DNA of 63,312 nucleotides, filler included, from Kipferlia bialata (taxonomy: Eukaryota): assembly GCA_003568945.1 (NCBI GenBank). It is 9 parts of 8 records of this genome, joined end to end, with 100 filler letters (N's around TTAATTAATTAA, not from the genome) between each part and the next. Parts side by side here need not be neighbours in the genome. Positions count along the whole stretch, not along the records: positions 15,550 to 23,546 come from BDIP01001081.1; positions 23,647 to 30,490 come from BDIP01001082.1; positions 30,591 to 36,338 come from BDIP01001083.1; positions 36,439 to 40,885 come from BDIP01001083.1; 5 more parts are not named here. One strand, 5' to 3'. A model generated the notes under the pieces. That model was given only the letters and a program-made list of their open reading frames with translations. It was not told where the DNA came from and searched no databases. The position numbers and the translations under genes are program-made. Shown one piece after another: positions 23,364-37,060 of the stretch. Positions within the stretch are counted from its first letter, which is position 1. Each line of letters opens with the position of its first letter.

Positions 23364-26300
23364 ATGCTGCAGCTTGACCCATTGTCCCCTGTTCTGCCGG
23401 AGCAGGTGGCGCCCTTACTCAAGGTTCTGAGCAAGGATGACCTGCATAGGTATGCACCACAGAAGTGCTCTTTTCGAACTCTCCTCCATAATCTCTCTCT
23501 CTCTCCCCCCCCCCCCCCCCCCCCCCCCCACCCCCCCCTCCCTTTTNNNNNNNNNNNNNNNNNNNNNNNNNNNNNNNNNNNNNNNNNNNNTTAATTAATT
23601 AANNNNNNNNNNNNNNNNNNNNNNNNNNNNNNNNNNNNNNNNNNNNCCAAAAGCCCCCTTTTTTTCCCCCCCCCCCCCCCCCCCCACCTTCCCCTCCCCT
23701 CCACCAATATATATCTCTCCCACCCCCTAGGTCCAACGACTCCTTCCTGTGGGGTGATGAGGTGGAGTACACTGTGGTGGTCAAGACAGAGGACGGGTAC
23801 AAGCTGTCAATGTGTGCTCCGGAGGTATGTGAGGGTGTATTGGTCTCTCTCTCAAGCATTTGCATTGATAATCTGATTCATTTACCCCCAGGTCCTTGCT
23901 GCCATTGAGGCCGAGCAGGATAGGAGAGAGGAGGCAGGGGAGGAGCTGATGCCCATACATGCAGTGCCAGAGTATGGCAGGTGGGGGTGTATGTACCATA
24001 CTATATTCATCATAACATCCATGCTGATATATATGCTTACTCTACCCTGCCCCTCACCCCCCAGACACATGATCGAGGCCACCCCCCTCCTACCCTACAA
24101 GGCAGGTCTCTGCTACCTGGCCCACCTGCCAGAGGACATGAGGAGGAGGAGAGAGGTAAAGGGTGTATCTAAGTATGTGTATATGTACCGGTCGAACTGT
24201 CGACAACTAGTATTACTGATAGATATTCGTTTCGAGACATCAGTCGTTGTTGTCTGAACGACAAGACACCTCACTCACCCCCAGCTTATTCAGTCCTACC
24301 TACCTGAGGGGTGTAAGCTGCTCACCGTCACCTCCTACCCCCTCATGGGAGTGGGGCACTTCACCCACCCCCCTATGGCACCAGGTACGTGCATACACGC
24401 CATGTCATGTATACTGACGATACACACATACCCTGGTGTGCCTCAGTATGTCTCACTGTGCTTCCCCTCCCTCACCACAAGGCGGTCCCCACTCGCAGTC
24501 CGTTTTCCTCCCAGACGGCATGATATCTCCCCACCCAAGATTCGCCACTCTTACCAGGCACATCAGAAAGAGGTGGGTCCGTTGTGGTCTTTGGACTATG
24601 CTATACGGTTCTACTAAATACCTTATGCTGATAGTATAGTGATGACACTCTGTCTCCGTGTCTATACTCTCCCCCTTACCCCCAGGCGCGGGACCAAGGT
24701 GCGTATCAACGTGCCAGTCTTCGAGGACAGCCATACCCCCAAGGACATTGTGACCCCCCCTCAGATAGTGTCTGAGCTAGCACATGAGGCAGAGCAGCAC
24801 CCCGGGGTGGGTGTGCCTGTGGCCAAGGGCAGCCCCCTGCTGACAGCCAACCAGCAGAAGGAGCTGGGTGCCGTCAGTGCCAGTGCCCTCCGGATAGGGC
24901 ACTCGGTCAGTGTAAGCAGGTGGGAAGGGCTTGTTGTATAGTGAGTGTCAATGGTTTGCAATGTCCCAATGTCAACTACGCTCTGACCCAGGACCCAGTC
25001 CAGGGCTGGTTCCCCATCCAGACGGGGTGTCTCTAGCAGTGAGGGAGTGTCACCGGATGCCATGGTGGCTGGGATATACGCAGCAGACCTCCTGTCACCC
25101 CCGGCATCTCCCAGCAGAGGTATGGTATATAGTATATCATGCCACTAATCTCTGCCAGTCTCTCTCTCCTTCTACTGCACCCCCCCCCTCACCTTGTTAG
25201 GCAGGTTCAAGGGAGATGAGCCCATACCGCAGCAGGACCTGGGTGCCCTGGAGCTGAGGGACTTCACATCAGCCAGGTGGGGGTGCATGTATGCTGTGTG
25301 TGTCCCGTGCTGCCTAACATGTCCCATGTATAATGTGTCTAACTCCAGGAACAACTCCTACCTCCCCCTGGCTACCTCCCCCTCTAGATTCAGAGGCCTG
25401 CAGGGGTGTGTCGCTACAGAGGACACCGGTAAGGGCCGCATCGACAGGCTCAATGACCTCATCCAGGTATATGTGTATGTATATAGTAATATATATCCAT
25501 CTTGCTGATGTATAGTCTCTCCCCCTACCCTGCCGCCCTCTACCCTCAGGAGAGCACTGACGACACGTGCATGACAGATGCCTACATACGCTCTGTCACG
25601 TCCTCCACCCCATCCTGTGCCAGGGTGGACCTCCTCGACTGCATTGGGGGTGCAGTGCCCTCACCATGTGCAGGTGCAGTGCATGCTCCCTTCTGTCTTG
25701 TAACGGTGGCATACTATTATTAGTGGCCGTCGTCACATTCCTATTCATCCACCACTGACACTCACCCCCAGGCCCCTGCAGCCATACAACTGCCTGTAAC
25801 TGCTGCGACTGCCCCTCTCAGTCTGGCACAGGTGTCCCTGATACCCACCACCCCTCCTGCCTAGGCCACTGCGACAGCACTAACCCGACTGAGAACCCAT
25901 GTCTCTGCGAGAGGGCCTCCCTACCAAGGTGCGTGTGTATGTATGATCGTTGGTGTTAGCTGCGAAACCCAGCCCTACCTTACCCCAGGTGTGTGTACAT
26001 GGACGCCATGGGCTTTGGGATGGGTCTGTCTGGCCTGCAGTGTACGTTCCAGACCCCCAACATGCACCTGGCTAGGTACCAACGTGGATGTGTGTATCTA
26101 TGTGTCTAGAGCATCTATGCATCTTTTCTTTTGTTGAGCTCTTCCCTAGTTCTTTGATGTCGTCCGAACCCCAGGTATGTCTACGACCAGCTGCAGCCCG
26201 TGTGCCCCCCCTGTCTGGCCCTGTCTGCTGCCACCCCATGGGCCAGGGGCATGCTCACGGGTATGGGGAAGCAATATACATATATGTATGTATCATATAT

Positions 26301-28552
26301 ACTGTTGGTACTCCCTGGGCCAGGGGCTCACGGGTGGGGCAGCCATGTGTGTGTGTATATGTAGGGTTATTGTGCTTACGTACCTTGTGTTCTTCCCCCT
26401 CCCCTTTCCCTCACTCCCCCTGACCCTCCAGGCTGGGATGCCCGGTATGGCATCATCAGTGACAGTGTGGATGACCGGAAGGCAGGGGAGAGGAGTGTGC
26501 AGACGGTGAGGGGGGACGGCGACAGTGCCCTGTGCGACAGTGCCCTGTACATTCCCCAGTCCAGGTCAGGGGTGGCACAGTGGAGTGGCGTATATATGTC
26601 ATATGAGTGTATGCTTAGACCCCTACAGACCCCCATCTCCCTCTCCCACCCAGATATGGCGTGGCCGATGCCTACATTGCCGCCCACCCTGCACACTGTG
26701 CCACGCTCAACGACATATTCATACCCGTGTCAGGCCAGGTGGGGTATTGACTGTGGGTCTGTCTCTTTGCCTGTTCTTCTCTCTCTCTCTCTGTCTCTCT
26801 CACCCTAGGCCATGGAGTCCCTACTTAAGGGAACCCCAGAGGTGGATCTCAGGTATGGCCGTGGTAGTAGACATGCTCTGTCTCTGCTATTGTGTGATTG
26901 TATCTCAATATCCCTCCCTCCCCGCCTTACCCCAGGCTGGCTGTCCACATCTCCCACCTCTTTGTCCGTGACCCTCTCGTGGTGTTTGACAACGCCGTGG
27001 ACATTGACGACGAGACCAGGTATCTGGTACAGATGGAAGGAAACCGATACTATCACACTTTCTAGTCACAGCATCGCTCTCTTCCTCACCCCAGGACCGA
27101 CCACTTTGAGAACATCCAGTCCAGCAACTGGCAGACCGTGAGGTTCAAGCCCCCCCCGTCCGATGCCTCGACTGGGTGGAGGGTCGAGTTCAGGTGCGTA
27201 TATCTATACCATGTGCAGTGTGTGTGACGATACCACCCCATGTGATGTCACCCACCCATGCTGTAGTCTCACTGTCCAGGGTCATGGATGTGCTTCCCAC
27301 CGATGTGGAGAACGCTGCCTACCTCGCCTTCATCTCCCTGTTGACACGGTGCATAGCCCTGTTCGGCCTCTGCTTCTACACACCCCTCTCCCTCGTACGT
27401 GTGACGCTCTCTCTCACTCTCTGTCCCCCCCTCCTCCCCTGACCCCAGGTGCATGAGTCCATCATCCATGCCCATGGCCACGATGCATGCAACACTATGT
27501 GCACCCCATTCAGGTGGGACACACTCATGATGCTGTACTCTCTCCCTCTCCCTCCTACATATACCTAACCCCAGGGAGAACCTGCTCCTCCCCCACGCCC
27601 TGCCCTTCAACACCGAGTGTTCAGAGGCTGTGGAGGGGGCCAGGCAGAGATACAGAGAGGTCTTTGCATCCCAGATGGCCGCATCTGACGAGAGGTGCGC
27701 ACTATATATATACATGAATGGTGTAGAGATGTGCCCCTGTATACTATTCTCTCTTTGCCGTGCCTGACCCCAGATGGGCCAGGGAGAGTGAGACCACCTA
27801 CATCCACAACCCCAAGCAGTGCCTGTCCAGCGAGTACTGTCCCAGGTAGGGAGAGGGTGTTATGAATGTGTGGTAAATGGAGTTCACTTGTGATGACTGG
27901 GATGCCTCTGCTCTCTGACACCAGGGTCCGTCCCATGACGGTCCAGGAGATCTTCTGTGGATCCAGCACGTTCCCAGGTACTCACAAGCCACAACCCTCT
28001 CTCTCTTTCTACCTCCACCCAACCTCCAGGCCTTCTCCCTGTTGTGGACCTCTTCCTCGACATATGCGGGTCCCCCCTGGCCGCCCTACCCGGGTTCAGC
28101 ACCTTCTTCGGCGGGGTCTGCAACCAGGAGAGCGTAGGAACCATCAGGTACTGTATGTGGATATGACCGTGTATGTCGATATGGGTTGCTACTAGCGTCT
28201 GGTCTATTCCCTCTCTCACCTCAGGGCCTACCTGGGTATTCTGGCCGGCAGGGCACAGGGCAAGCTGGTCACAGGTATGAGCTCTCTCTCTCTCTATCAA
28301 TATGTATCCTCGTCTCACCCAGGTGCCGCGTACCTGAGGGACTATGTCCTGTCCCACCCAGACTACAAGCAGGACAGCGTCATATCACAGGTATGATACT
28401 TCACTATACTGTTCCTTTATGATTTATCTTATCACTGTCAATCTAGTGTGCCTCCCTCACCCTAGGCTATCAGCGATGGCCTGATGGACGAGGTCCAGAG
28501 GCTCAACACCCTGGGACTTCAGGACCTGTGCCAGGAGTACACTAGACACTGA
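23364..28552 (+). CDS. GCLC: Glutamate-cysteine ligase catalytic subunit (gamma-glutamylcysteine synthetase); spans a gap
   Basis: Motifs [108 protein letters not shown]. Stop TGA at 28550-28552. The first exon at 23364 is less certain. Confidence 0.95.
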
Positions 28553-28761
28553 GCACCCTTACTCACTGACGGCGTCAATTCAGAACCATCATTCTTTAGA
28601 ATACTTAGCATCGTTCATTGGTCGTGACGCTGGTGGTGTATAAGAGTATAAATAGAGTAATAATACCGACGGTCTATTTTTAGATTTCTGAATGAGGGTG
28701 TAGGGAGGGTCAAAAAGGTTGTCTCACATATTGTGCAGCTGTTCTTCACCAACACGCTAAA

Positions 28762-30398
28762 ATGGGTGCTGGTTCCTCTTGCACTAACCCCTCCAGCCAG
28801 GTCTCTCAGATGACCCAGGTACGCACGGAACCATGAGCCTGCTGTAAAATGACCCGTCAGATAGCCAAATATTTGAGTGTTTCTGCCTCACCTCAGATGG
28901 CCACCCAGGCCTTCCTTGGTGGTGGTGAGCAGCAGCAGCAGCAGCAGCAGCCCCAGCAGCCCCAGCAGATGCAGCAGCCTGGACCCCAAGGACAGGTAGT
29001 GATATATATTTCTCATTCGGAGTTTGATCGATTGTATAGAATGGTTGATGTCACTCTCCTCTCTGACCCCCAGTACCAGCAGCCTCCCCCAGGATATGGC
29101 CAGCAGGTACGGAAACATCTCTGATCACACGGCTCACTGGTGTATTTGTGGGTCGCTTGAGTGTGTATTGGCAGTGTTGGACAGAACTGTAGTTAATTGT
29201 GCTTCATCCCAACCCTACCCACTATTTCTGAACCCCAGCAGCAGCAGAGACCTCCTATGCAGATGCAGCAGCAGAGGCCCCCCCAGCAGATGCAGGTGTG
29301 CTTGTACTCCATCCAACCTGTCTTTCTCTTTAGTTACTTCATGTTCATTAACTCCAGCAGCAGCAGCCTCGCTACAACCCCCGCATGATGCCCCAGCCCA
29401 TGCCCCAGCAGTACAGGGTACGGGGGTGCAGATGTGTTGTATGTTGATAGTCGACTGGTGTGACACAATTTTGTGTATAGGCGCGTTGTACTCTTCCCCG
29501 CCTTCCTCACCCCCAGCCCCCTCCCAACTACGGAGTCCCTCCCCCCAACTACCAGTTCAACTCCCAGGCCCAGCACGCACAGGTGGGTACCTTGCCACTC
29601 ACTTCCTCACTCCACCCCCCTTCTCTGACCCTAGACCCAGGGCCCCCCCGGCTACTCTGGCCCTGCCCCCCAGTACCAGCACCAGCAGTACTCCCAGCCC
29701 CCTGCCGGGTACCGCCTCCCCGGTGTCAAGACCAACCCATACGGCGCCATTGCCACAGATGACTTCGGGTGCCCCGCAGGTGGGTGTCTCTCTCTCCCCC
29801 CTCTCTCTCTCTCTCTCTCTCTCTCACTAATGCATTGTATATATATGACACCCAGGCGATGGTGCAGGCTGGTCCGCAGGCCCCACCTATGCACCCCAGA
29901 TCGCAGCCCTGAACCAGGGACAGGTATGTGTATATGTATATATGTATACCTTCTCATTGTGCATCTACCACTCTCTCACCCCCTAGGACGGCATGCAGTA
30001 TGTGACCGTGTCCCGCGTGTCCTCTGCTCCCCCTGAGGATGATGGGCCCCAGGGAGAGGGTATCGAGAGGGAGGTAGGGGCAGATGGATATAGTGCATCA
30101 GAGTGTCTGAATGGATATTGTCTCTCTCACCCCCTAGGAGGAGGACGCCTGTGCCATCGAGACTGCCTCCAAGGCAGCCATCCACACCACAGAGTTCGAT
30201 GAGACCGAGAACGGCATCAGGCAGACCGTCAACAGGTATCGTGCATGGACGGTAAAGTGTCATAGATGTCCTCCCCTATTAGCCCCTCCCCTCCCTCACC
30301 ACAGGAACAAGCCCGAGCTGCAGCGCATGTGGAGACAGCTGGACTACAACGGAAACGGCCTCGTCTCTCTGGCCGAGATCGACAAGTGGATTGTTAAC
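28762..30398 (+). CDS. Pro/Gln-rich EF-hand protein, calflagin/FCaBP-like (3'-partial)
   Basis: Starts MGAGSSC (myristoylation consensus plus Cys), continues through long P/Q/Y-rich exons, then ELQRMWRQLDYNGNGLVSLAEIDKW (canonical EF-hand loop). Confidence 0.7.
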
Positions 30399-30437
30399 GT
30401 GAGTGTATATATATACATACATATAGCCATTCTTCGC

Positions 30438-30490
<53 letters not shown>

Positions 30491-30590
30491 NNNNNNNNNN
30501 NNNNNNNNNNNNNNNNNNNNNNNNNNNNNNNNNNTTAATTAATTAANNNNNNNNNNNNNNNNNNNNNNNNNNNNNNNNNNNNNNNNNNNN

Positions 30591-30645
30591 TACGGCCATA
30601 CTACGCAGACCACACCTGGTTCCCGTTCCGAATCCAGAAGTTAAG
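30591..30645 (+). rRNA. 5S rRNA 5'-half fragment (truncated or pseudogenic)
   Basis: TACGGCCATACTACGCAGACCACACCTGGTTCCCGTTCCGAATCCAGAAGTTAAG follows the eukaryotic 5S consensus (TACGGCCATAC...GAAGYTAAG), with CTGG/CCAG pairing for helix III. The expected complement of ACGCAG and the 3' half are absent. Confidence 0.7.
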
Positions 30646-31018
30646 AATTAGAACAGAGATTTTAGCTCTTAAGTTTCACCTGTACCTTTTGGGAGAGAAC
30701 GGCTATAACTCGCCCAAATTGCTCTCTGGAAAAATCAAAACTGCCTATTTAGATTGTTTACGGTGAAATAGAGGTCTCTTGTTGTTTAATTGGAAGCTCT
30801 AGAGCCTTACCTACCGAGATAGAGCGATATTTACAATATTACCCTTTTCCAAACAATTTGACACAAAGGTATACAAGCCTGATTTATCTGCTGTCCTCTA
30901 CTTGTCCTTTCCTGTTAGTCTGTAGCTACAGGCAGTCTGTTTCATTCATTCCCTACTTGGCACTGTCACTCACCCATGCTCTGTCGTCTACTCTATCCTA
31001 TCTATATAGGTGTGTTAT

Positions 31019-33261
31019 CTACTTGTACATGCCCATGGGCACTGTCTGCTGGGGCATGGGGGCACCTAAGGGGTGAGAGACAGGTGCTCACATATCAATA
31101 TATATGGTTAGCACATGAGTCTATAAACAAACTGTATATATACAACCATATACGCATGTGCTTCGGCATGGCAGCACCAAGGGTGAGAGATGACCATCAT
31201 GTATCACGGAGTTGTAGTCTCTCATACTATATGGTAAGTACTAGATATGGTTATCACTGACATGTAGTATTGAATCCCCCATCTGAGCCACCTGTTGTCA
31301 GCATCATCTGATTATATTAACTACTGTATATAGTGTGACACTCACCAGGCATCTGCATCTGCATCTGCATGGCCTGTGCTGACATGACTGGGCCAGTCAC
31401 ACCCTGGGTCTGTATAGGCACCATGCTGGAATAGGAGTGCACACCCCCTCCCATGGCCATCTGGGGTGGGTGTCATATAGGTATATATGCTACAGTATAG
31501 TATATATCTCTGCATCGACATGCCCACCTGCTGCTGTGTCATGATACCCTGGGGGTTGAGCTGCATGGGCTGGCGTCAGTGCATAGATGTATACTATAGC
31601 ATATACATTTATATAGTATATACATTTATATAGTATTTGCATCCCATTGGTATTGGTATTGGTATGGGTACCATATGTATAATAGCATCTGTATGGGCTG
31701 GTGTCAGTGCATAGCATAACGCAATATGTTCAGTATGGACAGTATGTATCAGTTGGTATATCAGCACGTTGTGGGTCACAAGTGTGGAAGGTGGAGCAGT
31801 ATGTCTAGTGTTACGTAGGTACATGTACCACACTCACCTGCTGCTGAGGGGCTGTAGCATTATGCATCTGCCTCTGCCTCTGCCTCTGCATATCCCTCAT
31901 CTGACGGCTGTCCTGGACGGCCTAGAGTCATATACACAATAGAATAATTCACAGTATATTTGTATCAGCTATAACTGTATCTATTTGTGACATATATATG
32001 CATACTTTTTCATCGTGACAGAAGATTTTAGTATGCAGTATATGACGCATTACCATACCTGCTTGTTTGTCATGTCCTTCTGGTCTTTGGCCTGCATATC
32101 CTGGGTCAGACATAAGGATATAGATTCTTCTACACATACATAGTGATTATATGTATTAGAGTTATCTGATAGACTCATATGCAGTATACCTGTACTGCAT
32201 TTCTGACTGTGGCTGTGTTCATGAGCCAGCACAGACACACCATGTCAATGAGGTACCAGGCAACTGGGTGGAGACGGAGAGGGGGGGGGGAGAGAGAGAA
32301 AGAGACCATGTCTATCATGTACTGGGCATGTTGGGGGAGGGAGAGAGAGCAAGACCGAGAGGGAGGCACAAGATAATATGGATAGGTCATTGGGTACGCA
32401 CCTGATATCAGCGCCACCTCGGGTATGAGCTGGGCCAGAAGGGCTGGGGGTGAGAGAACAGAGTGGCCAAGAGGGGATCAATCATCAATCCCTGATTATT
32501 CAACATGCAGAGAAGACAGGTATGACACACACTCATATATACTATCCACCTGTATATATACTAGGCCTATTTGATATGGATATGATACTCACTCACTTAG
32601 TGCTAGCTGGCACAGACCAGTCTTCCACATGCCCAGGTAGAACTGGGGGTGAGGAGTGAGTGTATTATAGATATTCGTATATGAGCGTGGTATTACACGC
32701 TCTGTTACCACTGGTAACAGTGGTAGATATATGTTCTTTGAGGGGAAGTGGTTTGATTGAGAAGGAGAGAGGGAGGGAGAGAGGGAGAGAGAGAGAGAGA
32801 GAGAGATGAAGACATACGATACCCAGTCCACCCTGTATAACCCCGACAGTGCCAACATACCCTGTGTACGCCAAAGCACCCCAGGAACAACCACAGGGTC
32901 ACCAGCTGGGGTCATGGGGGGTTGGAGAGCGAAGACTGGAAAAATGCACAACCTAATACACTTCTACACGCTTTCGAAATACACTGATCAGATGTAATAT
33001 GCATTCCCACAGAGCAACTAGTGACACATTAGACATATAGAGTCCCATTATGTTGAGTATAGTTGAGTGTATATGCAGTGTGGGTGGGGTACAGGTGATA
33101 TGAATAGCCTACACGTTAGAGAGTATTGGTGTTGTTTTCGAAGAGTGCTATGGGAACATAGTTTCTAATAGATACATAATTCAGGAGAATATACCAATAC
33201 CACTCACACAGCATAGGTCGTATCTATCAGACACCAGCACAGAGCACACAGGGACAGTCAT
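31019..33261 (-). CDS. TM2-domain membrane protein with a Gln/Met/Pro-rich tail
   Basis: MTVPVCSVLVSDRYDLCC / LVTLWLFLGCFGVHR / FYLGMWKTGLCQLAL ... VAWYLIDM matches the TM2 motif FLGxFGxHRFYLG...WxLID. Ends GAPMPQQTVPMGMYK*. Confidence 0.8.
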
Positions 33262-33542
33262 CTTGGATACGTCAAAGGAGGTGAAACAAGACGTGGTTTG
33301 AAACCACTGGTTTCTGACGTCTTCAATAAAGGGGCTAGTGACCAGTCAATGAATCATAGATTCATGATGACAAGTTGTCATGTGGCTTTCACTGAATCGA
33401 GAGCACCCAAAGATACAACAATAACTATTCTATTCATATTCTGTAACGCAAACATACACTCCACATCCATACAATGCGATCCATCCACATATCACTATAT
33501 CCAACACCGTGTACTCGAAACACTCAATGGTAGACCCCCTAT

Positions 33543-33616
33543 CTACTTGAGCAGCCTTGGCATCTGTGTGTCCATGGGCCTGTACAACTCGATGTCAATG
33601 CCCTGAGGTGAGGGAT

Positions 33617-33670
<54 letters not shown>

Positions 33671-35651
33671 CCTTGAAGAATGGCCTTCCGTCCTTGGCCA
33701 CGCATATCAGCTGCAGCTCATAGCTGACAGAGAACCTGGGGATAAGGGCAGAGAGAGAGAGAGAAAGACAGAGCGAGGGTACCCCAAAGATGAATGTATA
33801 TGGCCCACCCACCTGTTTGCGACCTTCTCCTGCGAGGGAGAGAGAGAGAGCTGTGCCAGGTGCACTCTGATGGGTATGGTGTCACCTGCCACGGGCATAC
33901 CCTCCATGACCTGTCATTAGGTATATATATATACATATATATAGGTATATATATATACATATATATACAGTGTACACCCCTTACCTCGTACTCTGCCACC
34001 ACGTCCTCGTATGGCACCCACACCCCCTGGCCATAGGACTCCCTTCTGACAAGGCGGACAAGCATGCTCCTGGGGGTTAGGATACTACAACATACAAATA
34101 TGAACACACATATACTCATATATCACGCCTTAAAAGGTGGACAAGCATGCTCCCGGGGGTGAGACACTAACAAAATTCAGTACCCTCACAACCACACACA
34201 TACAAATGTATGAATATTCATCTATATATTTCCTGACCTGAGTGACACACTGCTCTGGTCCAGGGACAGGAAGGTGACACGGCCCCTGGGGTGAGGGAGA
34301 AATATTGAGAAACACAGGGTTGACCAATCTACACTCCTTACAGACATAGATGCAGTGGATATAATATATATCATATCATGCAGTGGATGCCATAGAAGCT
34401 TACCAACACACAAATATATATACCCATTCTCATATACCTGATTGTGTCGTAGATTGAGTAGATCCCCCTCTCAAACACAAACTCTAGCAGCAGGCCATCC
34501 TCGTCACTCCCTGGGGGTGAGGGTACAAGAGAATACATGTATATATAATATTGACTAGACAGATGATGAAGAAGAGAGAAATGGAGGGAGAGAGATATGG
34601 ATACCTATCTCGAGTGAGAGTGGGGGCAGCAGGCGGGGTGGGGGAGAGGGCAGGTGCACCACAAACTCGTGCACTGTGGATATGTCAAAGGCCCCATCCC
34701 TGAGCACCACGGCACGCAGCTGGTAGTGCATCCTAGGGGGTGAGAGGGGGAGGGGGGAGGGAGATATCTGATACACTGAGCAATGTATCAGAGGTATACT
34801 ATATATACATGTATATATATATATATCCATACCTCAGATACTGTCCGTAGCAAGACTCGAACCCCATGGATGCAGCTGGGAGGGAGAAGGGTATCTCCAC
34901 CACATCCTCCAGGGTGCCACCCTCACACAGCACAGTGCGCAGGGTCTGCACCTCAACACTGTCGGCCTGGGGTGGGTATCAAGAGGTATCGAGAGGCAGC
35001 AATGCATGCATTCATATATATGAGTAGAATGGGGGAGTGGGGGAGGGGGGGAGATAGTCAGTCGTGCTTGCCCTACCTGCAGGTACAGCAGCTCCACCCT
35101 GGCCAACAGCTCCAGTGCAATGCCCTTGTAGTGGATGTTCTTGCCCTGAGGGTGAGGGGGGGATGAACACACGTGCATTACATACATTGTCCACTCTACT
35201 ACATATATTCTGGGGAGGAGGAGTTATATACACAATGAGAGCATACACATACACTCATACAAACACCACTGACCTTTGGTGTGAGTGTCAGCATCCCACT
35301 GAGTAGGCATGGCCCCACCACCACTGGGATGGCATTGATAGTGCCGTTGCTCTGCTTCAACTTGATGCTCTCCTGGGGGTCGGGGTCCATATTAGACACC
35401 GTCGGTGCATACACAAGAATGTGAATATATGAGACTCAGAGAGGCAAAATGTGTGAGGCGCTGACTGCACTGTGACAATACCAAAACCACCTCTCACACC
35501 ACCCCGAAGCCATCAGTATTCACTATTGCAGTGGCTGTGTATCCTCCCCCGCACTATACGAGTAACTAGGTGTGGGTACCTTACTGCAGTCCAGCTTCAC
35601 ATCAATGTCTACGGGACTCTGCAGGAACCGGTAGATGCCCTGTCTGCTCAT
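33543..35651 (-). CDS. VPS26: Retromer subunit VPS26
   Basis: MSRQGIYRFLQSPVDIDVKLD, GKNIHYKGIALELLARVEL, FESCYGQYLRMHYQLRA, YEVMEGMPVAGDTIPIRVHL, FSVSYELQLICVAKDGRPFFKGIDIELYR. Confidence 0.92.
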
Positions 35652-35899
35652 AGCAGGTCAAGGCAGGTCAAGGGACCTCCCTACGGTATTAAGGTCACGG
35701 GAGCAACGTAAGAGTACGACTGGTGGTCTCTATCGGTGCTTGGAAAGGAGGGTATTAAGTGAGTCATTGACTTAGTCAACCCTCACTGCGAAAACATCAC
35801 AAAAACTTCGACCTGTCTTGCCACCGGCGACCTTCCTTAAAACAGGCTGTACAGCCCACTGACCCACTCATATACGTCTAGGGTGGTTGCTACGAGAAT

Positions 35900-37028
35900 A
35901 TGATAGGTGGGGCACCGCTCCGAGTGAGCGAGAGGCTGCTCCTACTTCTGCTGAGGAAGAACCTCTCCAGTAAGGCCGCGTACAGGCTCCAGCCCGATGA
36001 GTTGGAGCTCCTGCAGGAGATAAGGGAGTCCCTAGGGGTTGATGCCTTCTTCCACTACCTTGGTGTGGCGAAGCAGCAGAGGAAGGACCTCAAGGTGAGA
36101 GGAAATTCTGAACCTGCTCTACTCTCTTCTCTCTCCCTCCTTTCCTGCAGTAGGAGCATATATGTAGTGTCCACGAGGCAGTTATCTGATCATAGGTCCT
36201 TCCCCGCGAGACTCGTCAGGAGTACGAGGCCACTGAGGCCACTGAGACTGCAGAGGAGCTAGAGGGAGTGCTGGCTGCATTCCACCAGGTAGAGAGAGAG
36301 AGATAGGGGGGGGGGGGGGAAAAACCCTTGGGACATCANNNNNNNNNNNNNNNNNNNNNNNNNNNNNNNNNNNNNNNNNNNNTTAATTAATTAANNNNNN
36401 NNNNNNNNNNNNNNNNNNNNNNNNNNNNNNNNNNNNNNTCTCTCCTTCCCCTCTCCCCCCCCCCCCCCCCCCTCCTCTCTCACCCCCTAGGCATTGCCTT
36501 CAATGCCATCATCTGCCTGGGTCTGGTCGGCACAGGCACCAACAACGCTAGGTGAATTAGTATACAGTGTATATTGTACTTTACATAGTACTGTATATAC
36601 TATTACTATTCATCTGTCTGGGTCTGGTCGCACAGGCACTAACAACGCTATGTATATATATAAACTATGTATATGTGTGTGTGTTCTCCATATTGTTGCG
36701 CAGGGCCAAGGACTTTTCTCCACATTCTCTCTCTCTCTCTCTAAACCCTTATTCTCAGGGTTGCCCAGATGCTCAGAGACCTCTTTGTCTACTACCCCAC
36801 CAACGACATCATGCTCTTTGCAATCAGATACTCACTCGGCCTGGTCTACGCCGGAAAGGTACGTTAAACCTTATGTCGTACGGTAGCCAGCGTCTCATCG
36901 TCTAATTACCCAGGGTACCGTGCGTATCAACGTGACGCACTCTAGGGGCAGGGTTGTCTCTCCCTCTAGACTGGCATGCATCATGGCCCTGGCCCTGTTC
37001 CTGGCACCCGCGTCTAGGTATGCAGTGA

Positions 37029-37060
<32 letters not shown>

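Noticed and set aside
34438..34510. Apparent frameshift in a VPS26 exon
   Set aside because: Recounting the G run gives an intact frame (FERGIYSIYDTIR).
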